Part shown: positions 19,905-28,506 of the stretch, piece after piece
Numbering within the stretch: the stretch's first letter is position 1
Layout: the number at the start of each line of letters is the position of its first letter
Assembly (NCBI GenBank): GCA_963745465.1
Contig: CAVUXT010000045.1
Span: forward strand, 35,235-99,234
DNA from: an uncultured Bacteroidota bacterium
GTDB lineage: Bacteria; Bacteroidota; Ignavibacteria; Ignavibacteriales; Ignavibacteriaceae
Length of the DNA stretch: 64,000 bases
Direction: 5' to 3'
Made by a program: the position numbers and the translations under genes
Notes under the pieces: model-generated
Told to the model about the DNA's origin: nothing
What the model saw: the letters and a program-made list of their open reading frames with translations, nothing else
The model's database searches: none

Positions 19905-21839
19905 ATGACTAAAGCAGAATTAATAAGAAAAATTTCTAACAGAGCCGGAGTTCCAGATTCAGAAGCAAAGGTTTTTTTTGAAATATTTTTAAAAAAATCA
20001 TCTGAACTTTTAAGCCCGGGTGAAGCGATTTTTCTTAAAGGATTTGGGCATTTTCAATTAAGAAAGGGAATGATTAAAAGCAGTGATCAGGATATGGAAA
20101 ATCTACCTAAGGATTCTATCTTCCTTGAACTAATGGTCTATTATCCTACAACGCTTCGAGAAGAAGAAGTAAAAGAAGAAATAGTTTTTAATGTACCAGC
20201 TGCACAGTATGGGAAGTATAACCCCATTGATTCACATTTTAGTTTAAGTATAGGTAAGCCAATAATTCCGATCAAAGGTATAAGCACCCAGGATTTTTTT
20301 ATACCTTTAACCGGGCAAGAACTCAGAAAGCTGGTTGAAGACAGAGTAGATAAACTACTGTCAAATATTGAACTGGTTAAGTCATATACAAAAGGTAATG
20401 AAATCTTAATCATTGATACTGATTCAATTAAATCTCATCAATTGGAGTTTAACTGGGGTGAGGTTCCTTCTAAAAATATTTCTGACAGTAAGCTTATAGC
20501 AAAATCAAAAGAAGTCCTGACATCGACAAAAGATATAGCGGAACAGGAAATAACATGGGATTTCGGGGAGGATATTTCTAAAGAAATTGTTGAACAGTCA
20601 ATTCTAGATGTAGATAAAGAAGAAACTTCTATTATTGAAGATCAATTTGATAAAGAGATTGAGGAAGATAGGACAGATTGGAATTTTGGTATTAATAGTA
20701 TTGAAGAACCTCCGGAAGATAAACCGGAAAAAATGGAAAAAGCTGATAACTCTGGCGAATCAAACGCAGTTATTAAAAAAGATACTTTTGAAGAAATGAT
20801 GGCTGAAGAACCCGACACAAAAATTGAGGAAGAAAATAATATTGATAGGAAATTTGAAAGAGTAAGATCTTTTTCATCATATTTTGATAAAGATGATGAT
20901 AATGTTCTTCCTGATCCTGATTCCTATAAAAAATTAAGAAAGTCCGATACAGTTTCATTTGATGATTACGAACCTGACTCTCAAATAAATAATGAGAATA
21001 ATCTGTTGAATGTTGAAGGTTTAGAAGAAGCGTTACAATTTGAAAAAAAGAATGATTTAGATAATAGTGTTAAAGATGATATAAATTTTATTGGAGATAA
21101 GAACTTATTAAATGAAGAGGAAGGGAAATCATTAGCCGGAAATACAGATAATGAGACAATAAGTAAGAATAATATGGACCTGCAAAATGATTTTAAAGAT
21201 TCAACAAATGATGAAGATAAAAAAGAAAAACCACGCAAAAGCAGAATTATTACGCGAATAGAAGAACGAGGGTCTTATCATTCCAGGGAGGGATTGACAC
21301 CGGTCTTTATAATAGCATTAATAATTATAATTGCTATTGTGATTGCCATGTATTTTTATTTTACTCATGCATTTGCCAGTAGTAAAAATCCAGATTCTCA
21401 AAAACTAGCTCAATCAAAAACCATTGAATCAAGTATTGTTGGCAGAGATTATACTTTACCAGTAACTAATTCTTATAATAAAAAAGAATCTGATTCAAAA
21501 GGAGAAAAAAATAATAAAGTAACTGTAGAAAACGGTGAATTGCATAATGAAAAGGATAATGCTACATCAATTTCATTTAATAATCTACCATCACAAGTTG
21601 ACACTGCAAAGCTTCACGAAAATATTTCCATGGAGGATGGAAATTATGTAGTTCAGGTATCTTCATGGAAATCAAGAGCAATTGCTAATCAACAAGTCGC
21701 AAAATATCTAGCAAAAGGTTATGATGCATATGCTGAGAAAGCTAATGTTCCCGGAAAGGGAGCCTGGTATCGCGTAAAGTTAAAAAATTTTAAATCAATG
21801 AGGGAAGCAGAAGATTTTCTGTTAAGCAAACACAAATGA
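19905..21839 (+). CDS. HU/IHF-like N-terminal domain, acidic linker, TM helix, C-terminal SPOR domain protein
   Basis: The N-terminus MTKAELIRKISNRAGVPDSEAKVFFEIF...GFGHFQL resembles the HU fold. The TM helix is VFIIALIIIIAIVIAMYFYF. The C-terminus YVVQVSSWKSRAIANQQVAKYLAKGYDAY...GAWYRVKLKNFKSMREAEDF is SPOR-like. Confidence 0.7.
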   Translation: MTKAELIRKISNRAGVPDSEAKVFFEIFLKKSSELLSPGEAIFLKGFGHFQLRKGMIKSSDQDMENLPKDSIFLELMVYYPTTLREEEVKEEIVFNVPAAQYGKYNPIDSHFSLSIGKPIIPIKGISTQDFFIPLTGQELRKLVEDRVDKLLSNIELVKSYTKGNEILIIDTDSIKSHQLEFNWGEVPSKNISDSKLIAKSKEVLTSTKDIAEQEITWDFGEDISKEIVEQSILDVDKEETSIIEDQFDKEIEEDRTDWNFGINSIEEPPEDKPEKMEKADNSGESNAVIKKDTFEEMMAEEPDTKIEEENNIDRKFERVRSFSSYFDKDDDNVLPDPDSYKKLRKSDTVSFDDYEPDSQINNENNLLNVEGLEEALQFEKKNDLDNSVKDDINFIGDKNLLNEEEGKSLAGNTDNETISKNNMDLQNDFKDSTNDEDKKEKPRKSRIITRIEERGSYHSREGLTPVFIIALIIIIAIVIAMYFYFTHAFASSKNPDSQKLAQSKTIESSIVGRDYTLPVTNSYNKKESDSKGEKNNKVTVENGELHNEKDNATSISFNNLPSQVDTAKLHENISMEDGNYVVQVSSWKSRAIANQQVAKYLAKGYDAYAEKANVPGKGAWYRVKLKNFKSMREAEDFLLSKHK

Positions 21840-21864
21840 AAAATAATTTTCAAAAAGGTAAAAG

Positions 21865-22524
21865 ATGAATCTACTCTCAATATTTTTAAAAGGCGGATTA
21901 ATAATGTGGCCAATCCTGCTTTGTTCAATTCTCGGATTGGTAATTATTATTGACAGGTATATTGTTTTGAGAAAATCCAGAACAAACATCCCTGCATTTA
22001 TGGTAAGAGTCAGAGGTTTACTTAAGAAGAAAGATATTCCCGGTGCAATTAGCTATTGTCTTGAGGATAAATCACCTGTTGCAAATATTATTCGGAAAGG
22101 CCTTAAAAAATATCATTTAGGACATGAACGTGTAAAAGAATCCATTGAAAATGCTGGTGCACAGGAAATTAGTAAATTAGAAAAAGGTTTGCCTTTTTTG
22201 GCAACTATTGCAGGAATCGCTCCACTACTCGGATTTTTAGGTACTGTTACCGGAATGATCTCAGCTTTTATGACTATACAGGACCTCGCAGGTGCAGCCA
22301 ATCCCAGCGATTTGGCAGGCGGTATCTGGGAAGCTTTGATTACAACAGCCTTTGGTCTTATGGTGGGAATACCTGCACTCGCTTTCTATAACCATTTTGT
22401 AAGCCGGGTTAAAAAATTAGTTGGTGATATTGAAACAGTGGCTAACGATGTTATTGATGTTATACAGGATACTTCAGATAACTATCCTGAATCAGAAAAC
22501 GAAGAAATTGAAATTGATATTTAA
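21865..22524 (+). CDS. exbB: MotA/TolQ/ExbB proton-channel protein
   Basis: Three TM helices; the LLGFLGTVTGMISAF and ALITTAFGLMVGIPAL motifs are present. Confidence 0.9.
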   Translation: MNLLSIFLKGGLIMWPILLCSILGLVIIIDRYIVLRKSRTNIPAFMVRVRGLLKKKDIPGAISYCLEDKSPVANIIRKGLKKYHLGHERVKESIENAGAQEISKLEKGLPFLATIAGIAPLLGFLGTVTGMISAFMTIQDLAGAANPSDLAGGIWEALITTAFGLMVGIPALAFYNHFVSRVKKLVGDIETVANDVIDVIQDTSDNYPESENEEIEIDI

Positions 22525-22619
22525 AGTTAAATAATACTTTATTGATAAAGTCCTATATCTGAAATTTAAATAATAGAAGTTATGAATTGAAAAAGATCAT
22601 AACTTTTTAAGGTTACAAA

Positions 22620-23024
22620 ATGAGATTTAAAACTTCAAACGAACCGCTTGCAGCATTCAGCTATTCTTCCTTAACCGATATTGTTATGCTTCTTCTGATT
22701 TTCTTTTTGCTTACGTCCCAATTTGTTATTCAAACGGGAGTAAAAGTTAAGTTGCCCGGATCTAAGATGAATGAAAAATCTGCTCCTGCAAACTTGATTG
22801 TAACAATAACCTCCGCAGGAGAAGTTTATCTTGCCCAGGAACAAGTTGGTATTGATCAATTGCCTGCTAAACTTAGCATCATTAAAGCCAAATTACCAGA
22901 AGATAATCTTATTATTCGTGCAGATAAGACGGTTGCTCTGGATCTGGTAATTAAAGTCATTGATGCTGCCAAAGCAAGCGGGATTGATAAATTTACTATC
23001 CAGACACAGAAAGAAAAACTTTGA
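22620..23024 (+). CDS. exbD: Biopolymer transport protein ExbD/TolR
   Basis: N-terminal TM helix with LTDIVMLLLIFFL and a periplasmic domain ...IRADKTVALDLVIKVIDAAKASG. Confidence 0.9.
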   Translation: MRFKTSNEPLAAFSYSSLTDIVMLLLIFFLLTSQFVIQTGVKVKLPGSKMNEKSAPANLIVTITSAGEVYLAQEQVGIDQLPAKLSIIKAKLPEDNLIIRADKTVALDLVIKVIDAAKASGIDKFTIQTQKEKL

Positions 23025-23060
23025 TTATTGAATTTAGTTGTTGTGAAATATTGAGTAAAA

Positions 23061-23765
23061 ATGAAGTTTAATTATAAATCAATTAAGAATATTTCCGTAT
23101 CGCTTTCGCTGTTGTTTCACATATTATTATTTGTGGCTCTGTTTTTCTTGAATTTTACGATTGACTATCCAGCGAAGGAATATGTGGAACTATCTTTTGG
23201 AACTTCAGGTCAGCCCGGTTCTTCTGGTAATATTGGTACGCAGGTAAACCAGGTGGAAGAACAATCAAAGCAGCAAAACAAAAATGTTACAAAAAATAAT
23301 ACCGATGTAGTTAAAGAAGTAAAGTTGCCGGAAGCTAAAAATACTTCGGAAGAAAATATCATTAAACCTGCCGATAAAGAGAAAAAAAAATCTGATACGA
23401 ATGAGAAAGAAAGCAAAGTTCAAACAAATGCCAGGGAAACTGCTGAAGGGCAGGGGAATAAGGCAAACGGCAGTGGAAGTTTTGGTTATGATATTGATTG
23501 GGGAGGCCAGGGTCAGCGAAAAATTTATAGTTTTAGTTTACCGGAATATCCTGAAGGCGTAGAAAAAGAAATTGACATCAGACTGAGATTTACTATCTTG
23601 CCCGACGGAACTGTCGGTAATATTTTCCCTCTTATAAAAGCGGACACTCGCCTGGAAAATGCAGCAATAAATTCGTTACGGCAATGGAGATTTGAGGCTC
23701 TTGATCCGACGCAAAAGCAAACTGAACAAGTGGCTGTTATTGTTTTCCCATATCGTTTGAAATAG
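23061..23765 (+). CDS. tonB: Energy transducer TonB-family protein
   Basis: N-terminal TM helix, a Lys/Glu/Asn-rich linker, and a C-terminal TonB_C-like YPEGVEKEIDIRLRFTILPDGTV...NSLRQWRFE. Confidence 0.8.
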   Translation: MKFNYKSIKNISVSLSLLFHILLFVALFFLNFTIDYPAKEYVELSFGTSGQPGSSGNIGTQVNQVEEQSKQQNKNVTKNNTDVVKEVKLPEAKNTSEENIIKPADKEKKKSDTNEKESKVQTNARETAEGQGNKANGSGSFGYDIDWGGQGQRKIYSFSLPEYPEGVEKEIDIRLRFTILPDGTVGNIFPLIKADTRLENAAINSLRQWRFEALDPTQKQTEQVAVIVFPYRLK

Positions 23766-24036
23766 ATTCTTCTTTATAATAGAACTTGTAAAAGAAGTAT
23801 TCTGCAATAGATAGTATAGTTAAAGAGAAAGTATCCCGATCATAGTAAATCCCAAAACCTTCTGGTTTCATAATAAGTTTAGAAATAATTCCGGATATTG
23901 ACCATCCAACTGCAAACAAAACTCCAATTAACGAAAGATTAATAAACCCTGATTTTAAACTTTCGTCCTGCCATTTTTTTGTAAAAATTATTAATGCAAA
24001 AATAATATGTGCTGCAAATATAATAGCAGTAATCAT
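23737..24036 (-). CDS. Hypothetical small integral membrane protein
   Basis: 99 aa with 3 predicted TM helices. Its 3' end overlaps the tonB 3' end by 29 nt (convergent). Confidence 0.45.
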   Translation of the reverse strand: MITAIIFAAHIIFALIIFTKKWQDESLKSGFINLSLIGVLFAVGWSISGIISKLIMKPEGFGIYYDRDTFSLTILSIAEYFFYKFYYKEESISNDMGKQ

Positions 24037-24038
24037 TC

Positions 24039-24542
24039 TTAATAATTTTTCCTTTTATTTTGAACTGACATTCCAATAAGGCCGCCTATCATACCGAATA
24101 GAGAATCTATAAATATGTTGCTTATTAAAATTACAAAAGTATACAATAATGAAAATCCACTTGTTTGAATATCTAATGACATTTTGTGAAGCAAAGCAGA
24201 TGTTTGAGTCCAGAGTTCTCCAAGATTCCATCCTCTTATCAAGGATTCCGTTTGAGGAAGGCTTTGTACGAAATCGTTCGTGTGCATTATTGAAGTGATT
24301 AATATCTCAAATCCGGTAGAAAAAATAGCCGCAAATAATCCAGTGGCCAATCCGAAAAAAAAAGCATTCTGAAGACTAACAGGTGGCCGGATTTTATTTA
24401 TCTTTTCATTTAAGATTAATGATAACCAGGCTGCTATTGGAATGACTAAACAACATCCTAAGCTTTTAATCCCGGGTATAGTAGATAAAACTGCTGCTCC
24501 AAAACCACAAACAAGTGGCGGCATAAATTTATGTGTATTCAT
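24039..24542 (-). CDS. Hypothetical integral membrane protein (DUF4199-like topology)
   Basis: 167 aa with 4 or more TM helices, tightly packed with its neighbours. Confidence 0.45.
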   Translation of the reverse strand: MNTHKFMPPLVCGFGAAVLSTIPGIKSLGCCLVIPIAAWLSLILNEKINKIRPPVSLQNAFFFGLATGLFAAIFSTGFEILITSIMHTNDFVQSLPQTESLIRGWNLGELWTQTSALLHKMSLDIQTSGFSLLYTFVILISNIFIDSLFGMIGGLIGMSVQNKRKNY

Positions 24543-25066
24543 TAGGCCTTACTTTTTTCTTTTAATAAGAAGTTATCAACTGTTAACAAAATAATACCGG
24601 CAGTAACCGATCCAAATAAAAATCCTGTAATTAATGCTATAACTTTTGAATATGGATATACTCCGGAAGAATAAAGTATAACATCAACAAACATCGGGCT
24701 AGCTGCTATGAACAAGTATTTTATTTTCAATATAATTCCCGCCCGTAAGAATAAAAATATTAGGGAAGTAATAAGCCCCCCAAAATAAATTCCGGTGCAT
24801 CGGGCACAAACCAGAAAATGGCTTCCATTTAATTCGAAGCTTTTGTAATCCATCTGATGACAAACTGTCGAATAAAATTGTTTTAATAAAGGATATAAAA
24901 TTATTGCTTCACTTTTAGGGAAAAGAGATGCAAAGGTAAATCCAAAACACCAGGTCATTAGAGATAAAAAGAACACTATCCTGAATTGTGTTCTCTCAAT
25001 TCTTATCTGCGGGTTATAATTAATCGTGACTTGATTCATATTAATTAAGCTTTTGTGAAAATCCAT
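24542..25066 (-). CDS. DUF2085-family membrane protein
   Basis: CHQ...CARCTGIYFG metal-binding-like pattern embedded in TM helices. The start is ambiguous (25066 or Met at 25039). Confidence 0.6.
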   Translation of the reverse strand: MDFHKSLINMNQVTINYNPQIRIERTQFRIVFFLSLMTWCFGFTFASLFPKSEAIILYPLLKQFYSTVCHQMDYKSFELNGSHFLVCARCTGIYFGGLITSLIFLFLRAGIILKIKYLFIAASPMFVDVILYSSGVYPYSKVIALITGFLFGSVTAGIILLTVDNFLLKEKSKA

Positions 25067-25890
25067 ATTTCACTTTTTGTCAGCACGTATAATTTACTAC
25101 CAAATATCAATGAACTTACAAATACATCTTTTTGATTACCAATTAGATCAGCTTTTTTTAATTCTAAGTCAGGATTTGTGAAATTTGTAATATAGACATC
25201 CTGATCAGAATTTAATGACATGCTATAACTTACAATATTCACGCTTGTAAAATTTTCATTAAGATTAATAATTTTGATTCCGTTTCCGTACTGGTCGAAT
25301 ACAATTAACTTTTTATCATCTAGGACATAAATATTATTATCAGGGGAAACAGCCAGTTTTTTGGGATCAGAAAGAGAAAATGAGCCTGCGTCAAAGCCTC
25401 CAAAATTCTGAACAAACTGACCAAATGTATTGAATTTTATTATCCTTTTGTTTTCGGAATCTAATATATACATATCACCCTGATTTGAAGTTACGCAGCT
25501 AAGTGGAAAACCAAATTGTTCGGCCGGATCCTGACTATCTCTTGTATAAAGCTGTGAAATAAAATTTAAATTTTTATCAAATCTTTGAATCCTGTGATTG
25601 TTTCTATCTGATACATAGACATTCAAAGGCGTTGCAAAAACATCAGATGGTTGGTCAAATGTTGATTCAGTCCAGCCATATCCTCCTGCGTCTTTCAATT
25701 TATTGCCAAGTGTATCTAGCTTAAATACCTCATCTGAATTTTTATCGGTTACATAAAATATTCCTGAGGAAGTAATGCAAAATGCAGACGCATTCCTAAA
25801 GCTTCCTATCGAACCCTGGAAAATATAATTTTGAGGACGAGCAGTGAAAATAATAAGTATGGTAAATAATATAGAAAGTTTAAGCTTCAT
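25045..25890 (-). CDS. NHL-repeat beta-propeller protein, secreted
   Basis: Signal peptide plus repeated P.g.a......iYV.D..N.RI..F units (YVSDRNNHRIQRFD, YILDSENKRIIKFN). Confidence 0.75.
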   Translation of the reverse strand: MKLKLSILFTILIIFTARPQNYIFQGSIGSFRNASAFCITSSGIFYVTDKNSDEVFKLDTLGNKLKDAGGYGWTESTFDQPSDVFATPLNVYVSDRNNHRIQRFDKNLNFISQLYTRDSQDPAEQFGFPLSCVTSNQGDMYILDSENKRIIKFNTFGQFVQNFGGFDAGSFSLSDPKKLAVSPDNNIYVLDDKKLIVFDQYGNGIKIINLNENFTSVNIVSYSMSLNSDQDVYITNFTNPDLELKKADLIGNQKDVFVSSLIFGSKLYVLTKSEIWIFTKA

Positions 25891-26020
25891 TTTTACCAGT
25901 AATGATAATAATTTGATTTAAAATATACGGAAAGCATATGATTTAAAGTAATTGGTGGCCAAAACAAGTACAAAGATTTTGAAGTTTAACAATTGATCTT
26001 TAATTTTAACATATAAACAT

Positions 26021-26096
26021 TGCCCCGTGGTGTAATTGGCAACACGTCTGACTCTGGATCAGAAGAGTTCAGGTTCGAGCCCTGACGGGGCAACCA
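26021..26096 (+). tRNA. tRNA-Gln (anticodon CUG), CCA encoded
   Basis: Acceptor TGCCCCG/CGGGGCA (U1-A72), anticodon stem TCTGA/TCAGA with loop CTCTGGA, T-arm TCAGGTTCGAGCCCTGA, then ACCA. Confidence 0.9.
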
Positions 26097-26179
26097 AAAA
26101 ATGGATGATGGAAGATGTGAAATTGTTGATTTAATTTGCGTTTTTCGAAATTCATTAATTATGTGCAATATTTTACGCA

Positions 26180-26253
26180 GGCGCGTTCGTCTAGTGGCTT
26201 AGGACGCCGCCCTCTCAAGGCGGAGATCACGGGTTCGAATCCCGTACGCGCTA
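26180..26253 (+). tRNA. tRNA-Glu (anticodon CUC)
   Basis: Acceptor GGCGCGT/ACGCGCT, D-arm GTCTAGTGGCTTAGGAC, anticodon stem CCGCC/GGCGG with loop CTCTCAA, T-arm ACGGGTTCGAATCCCGT. Confidence 0.9.
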
Positions 26254-26334
26254 CTAAATCCTGCCTATTATTTCGTCAAATTTTTATTATTTTAAAATTC
26301 TCTAATTATTCTTTTACTATTTCTTAATAATTAT

Positions 26335-26679
26335 ATGAAAAGATTTGAAAAACATATATTCGTTTGTGAAAATAAACGCCCTGATGGTCATCCCAAAGGT
26401 TGCTGCCAGGATAAAGGTAGTCTGGAAATAAGAGCACTATTTAAAAAGAGATTAAAAGAAGTTGGATTGAGTCCGAATGTTCGCGCAAATGCTTCAGGCT
26501 GCCTGGATGCGTGTGAGTTTGGAGTTACGGTTCTGGTTTATCCAGAGCAAATCTGGTATGGAGGAGTAAAACTTGAAGATGTTGAAGAAATAATTCAAAG
26601 TCACATTCTAAATAACAGACCTGTTGAAAGGCTTCTAATAAAGGATAATCGATTTCATAAAGATGACGTTAAAATCTGA
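26335..26679 (+). CDS. Thioredoxin-like [2Fe-2S] ferredoxin domain protein
   Basis: HIFVCEN...GCCQDKG...SGCLDACEFGVTVLVYPEQIWYG is the cysteine pattern of the (2Fe-2S) ferredoxin family. Confidence 0.8.
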   Translation: MKRFEKHIFVCENKRPDGHPKGCCQDKGSLEIRALFKKRLKEVGLSPNVRANASGCLDACEFGVTVLVYPEQIWYGGVKLEDVEEIIQSHILNNRPVERLLIKDNRFHKDDVKI

Positions 26680-27304
26680 TACGATACATGCAAAAAAAAT
26701 ATTTGATCTCTTAAAGAAAGAATATCCAGAAGTCAAAACTGCATTAACTTATAATAATCCATTTCAGCTTTTGATTTCAACTATTCTTTCAGCTCAATGT
26801 ACAGATGAAAGAGTAAATATTGTAACTAAGATTCTTTATAAAAAATATAAAAATCCGGCTGACTTTGTAAATGTACCGATTCGTGAACTTGAGAAGGATA
26901 TTTATTCAACCGGTTTTTATCATAATAAAGCGAAGAATATAAAAAATTGTTGTAAAATATTAATCAGGGATTATGATGGTAATGTTCCTGCTGATTTTGA
27001 AAAGTTGATAAAGTTGCCAGGTGTTGGTAGAAAAACTGCATCGGTAGTTGCAGGGAACGGATTTGGAATACCTGCGATAGCTGTTGATACCCACGTTAAG
27101 CGCTTATCAAATTTGCTTGGATTTATTAAATCGACTGACCCTGAAAGAATTGAATTCAGATTGAAGGAACTTTTACCGGAAAAAGACTGGATAAATTCGT
27201 CTCATTATCTTGCAACTCATGGAAGAAATATTTGCATTGCTAATCGGCCAAAATGTTTGAATTGTGTTGTAGGTGACCTTTGTCCATCTTTTAACCCGTC
27301 GTAA
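26663..27304 (+). CDS. nth: Endonuclease III
   Basis: HhH-GPD LPGVGRKTASVV, AVDTHVKR and the C-terminal 4Fe-4S loop C-x6-C-x2-C-x5-C (CIANRPKCLNCVVGDLC). Confidence 0.95.
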   Translation: MTLKSDTIHAKKIFDLLKKEYPEVKTALTYNNPFQLLISTILSAQCTDERVNIVTKILYKKYKNPADFVNVPIRELEKDIYSTGFYHNKAKNIKNCCKILIRDYDGNVPADFEKLIKLPGVGRKTASVVAGNGFGIPAIAVDTHVKRLSNLLGFIKSTDPERIEFRLKELLPEKDWINSSHYLATHGRNICIANRPKCLNCVVGDLCPSFNPS

Positions 27305-27326
27305 TATAAATTAAGCAGAGAATGAA

Positions 27327-27893
27327 ATGGAAGATAATTCAAGAAACAGGGAATATTGTTTGTCAATACTTAAGGAGTATACTAAAAGCGATAGTCTTTT
27401 AAAACATGCTTATGCAGTTGAGACGTGCGTTAAGGCTTATGCAAAAAAGTTTAATGAAGATGAACAATATTGGGGAAATGTGGCATTGCTTCATGATTTT
27501 GATTATGAAATGTATCCGACTGAAAAAGAACATCCGTTTAAAGGTTCCGAGATATTAACAGAAAAAGGATTTGATGAAAACTTTCGAAAATCAATATTGT
27601 CTCATGCTAATTATTCTGGCGAACCAAGAGATACGAAATTAAAAAAGGTACTATTTGCGTGTGATGAATTGGCGGGATTTATTACTGCTGTTACATATGT
27701 ACGACCAAGCAAGTCAATTGATGAAGTTGAGGTAAAATCAGTAAAGAAAAAGTTAAAGGATAAAGCATTTGCAAGATCAGTTAGCAGGGAAGACATAACA
27801 AATGGTGCTGAAGTACTAGGCGTTCCAATAGATGAACATATCCAGTTTTGTATTGAAGCCATGAAAATTAACAAAGACTCACTGGGATTATAG
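27327..27893 (+). CDS. HD-domain phosphohydrolase (HDIG-like)
   Basis: HAYAVE...LLHDFDY...H.FKGSEIL...SHANYSG pattern. Confidence 0.75.
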   Translation: MEDNSRNREYCLSILKEYTKSDSLLKHAYAVETCVKAYAKKFNEDEQYWGNVALLHDFDYEMYPTEKEHPFKGSEILTEKGFDENFRKSILSHANYSGEPRDTKLKKVLFACDELAGFITAVTYVRPSKSIDEVEVKSVKKKLKDKAFARSVSREDITNGAEVLGVPIDEHIQFCIEAMKINKDSLGL

Positions 27894-28348
27894 TGGTAAG
27901 TAAAGTGGTAGATAATTTTAGACTAAAAGATCAGAATGGTAAAATTTTTGACTTATACGAAAATTTAAATAATAATATACTGCTGGTATTCTATCCACTG
28001 GATAATTCAAGAGTTTGCACAGAGCAATTAAAAAACTATTCGCAGCAGGAATATCTATTCCTAAATAATAACATAAAAGTAATTGGTATAAATATAGGTA
28101 GAGTAGAATCTCACAAAAGGTTTTGCGAAAATAAAAATATAGAAATACCTTTGCTTTATGACAAAAGCAAAATTGTAAGTCGAAAATTTAGGGCAATTAA
28201 CTTCCTTGGTATAAACAAAAGGAAGTTAGTACTGATAAATATGAATAAGGAAGTCGTTTTAGATCAAGATGTTGGGTATTTTGAATTTCCAACAGTCGAA
28301 GAAATAATGCAAAAAATCGAAAAGTTAAAAAAATTGCAAAAAACTTGA
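27893..28348 (+). CDS. Redoxin/peroxiredoxin-like thioredoxin-fold protein
   Basis: LLVFYPLDNSRVCTEQL resembles the Prx active site and GINIGRVESHKRF resembles AhpC/TSA. The start is GTG, sharing 1 nt with the upstream stop. Confidence 0.55.
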   Translation: MVSKVVDNFRLKDQNGKIFDLYENLNNNILLVFYPLDNSRVCTEQLKNYSQQEYLFLNNNIKVIGINIGRVESHKRFCENKNIEIPLLYDKSKIVSRKFRAINFLGINKRKLVLINMNKEVVLDQDVGYFEFPTVEEIMQKIEKLKKLQKT

Positions 28349-28506
28349 CTATATAGGCAAGAACTGACTAAATTTAACATAATCGTTTGGAGGAATTACA
28401 GAGATTTTTGCTACAAATAAAGAATTTGTTACAGATTTAACAATAGGTTTGTAATTTCAATGTTATTTTCTGTATAAATTTTATTCGGTTCATAATTTAG
28501 GGCTAA

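Noticed and set aside
25986-26327. ORFs 25986-26168(-) and 26136-26327(+) in the gap after the NHL-repeat gene.
   Set aside because: They overlap tRNA-Gln (26021-26096) and tRNA-Glu (26180-26253). The tRNA cloverleaves explain the sequence, and the ORFs have no RBS or motif.
28400-28470. Repeated TTACAGA(G)ATTT / TTTGTAA motifs upstream of porU as an operator.
   Set aside because: They are short and AT-rich, occur only twice, and have no dyad symmetry or known regulator consensus that I can tie them to.
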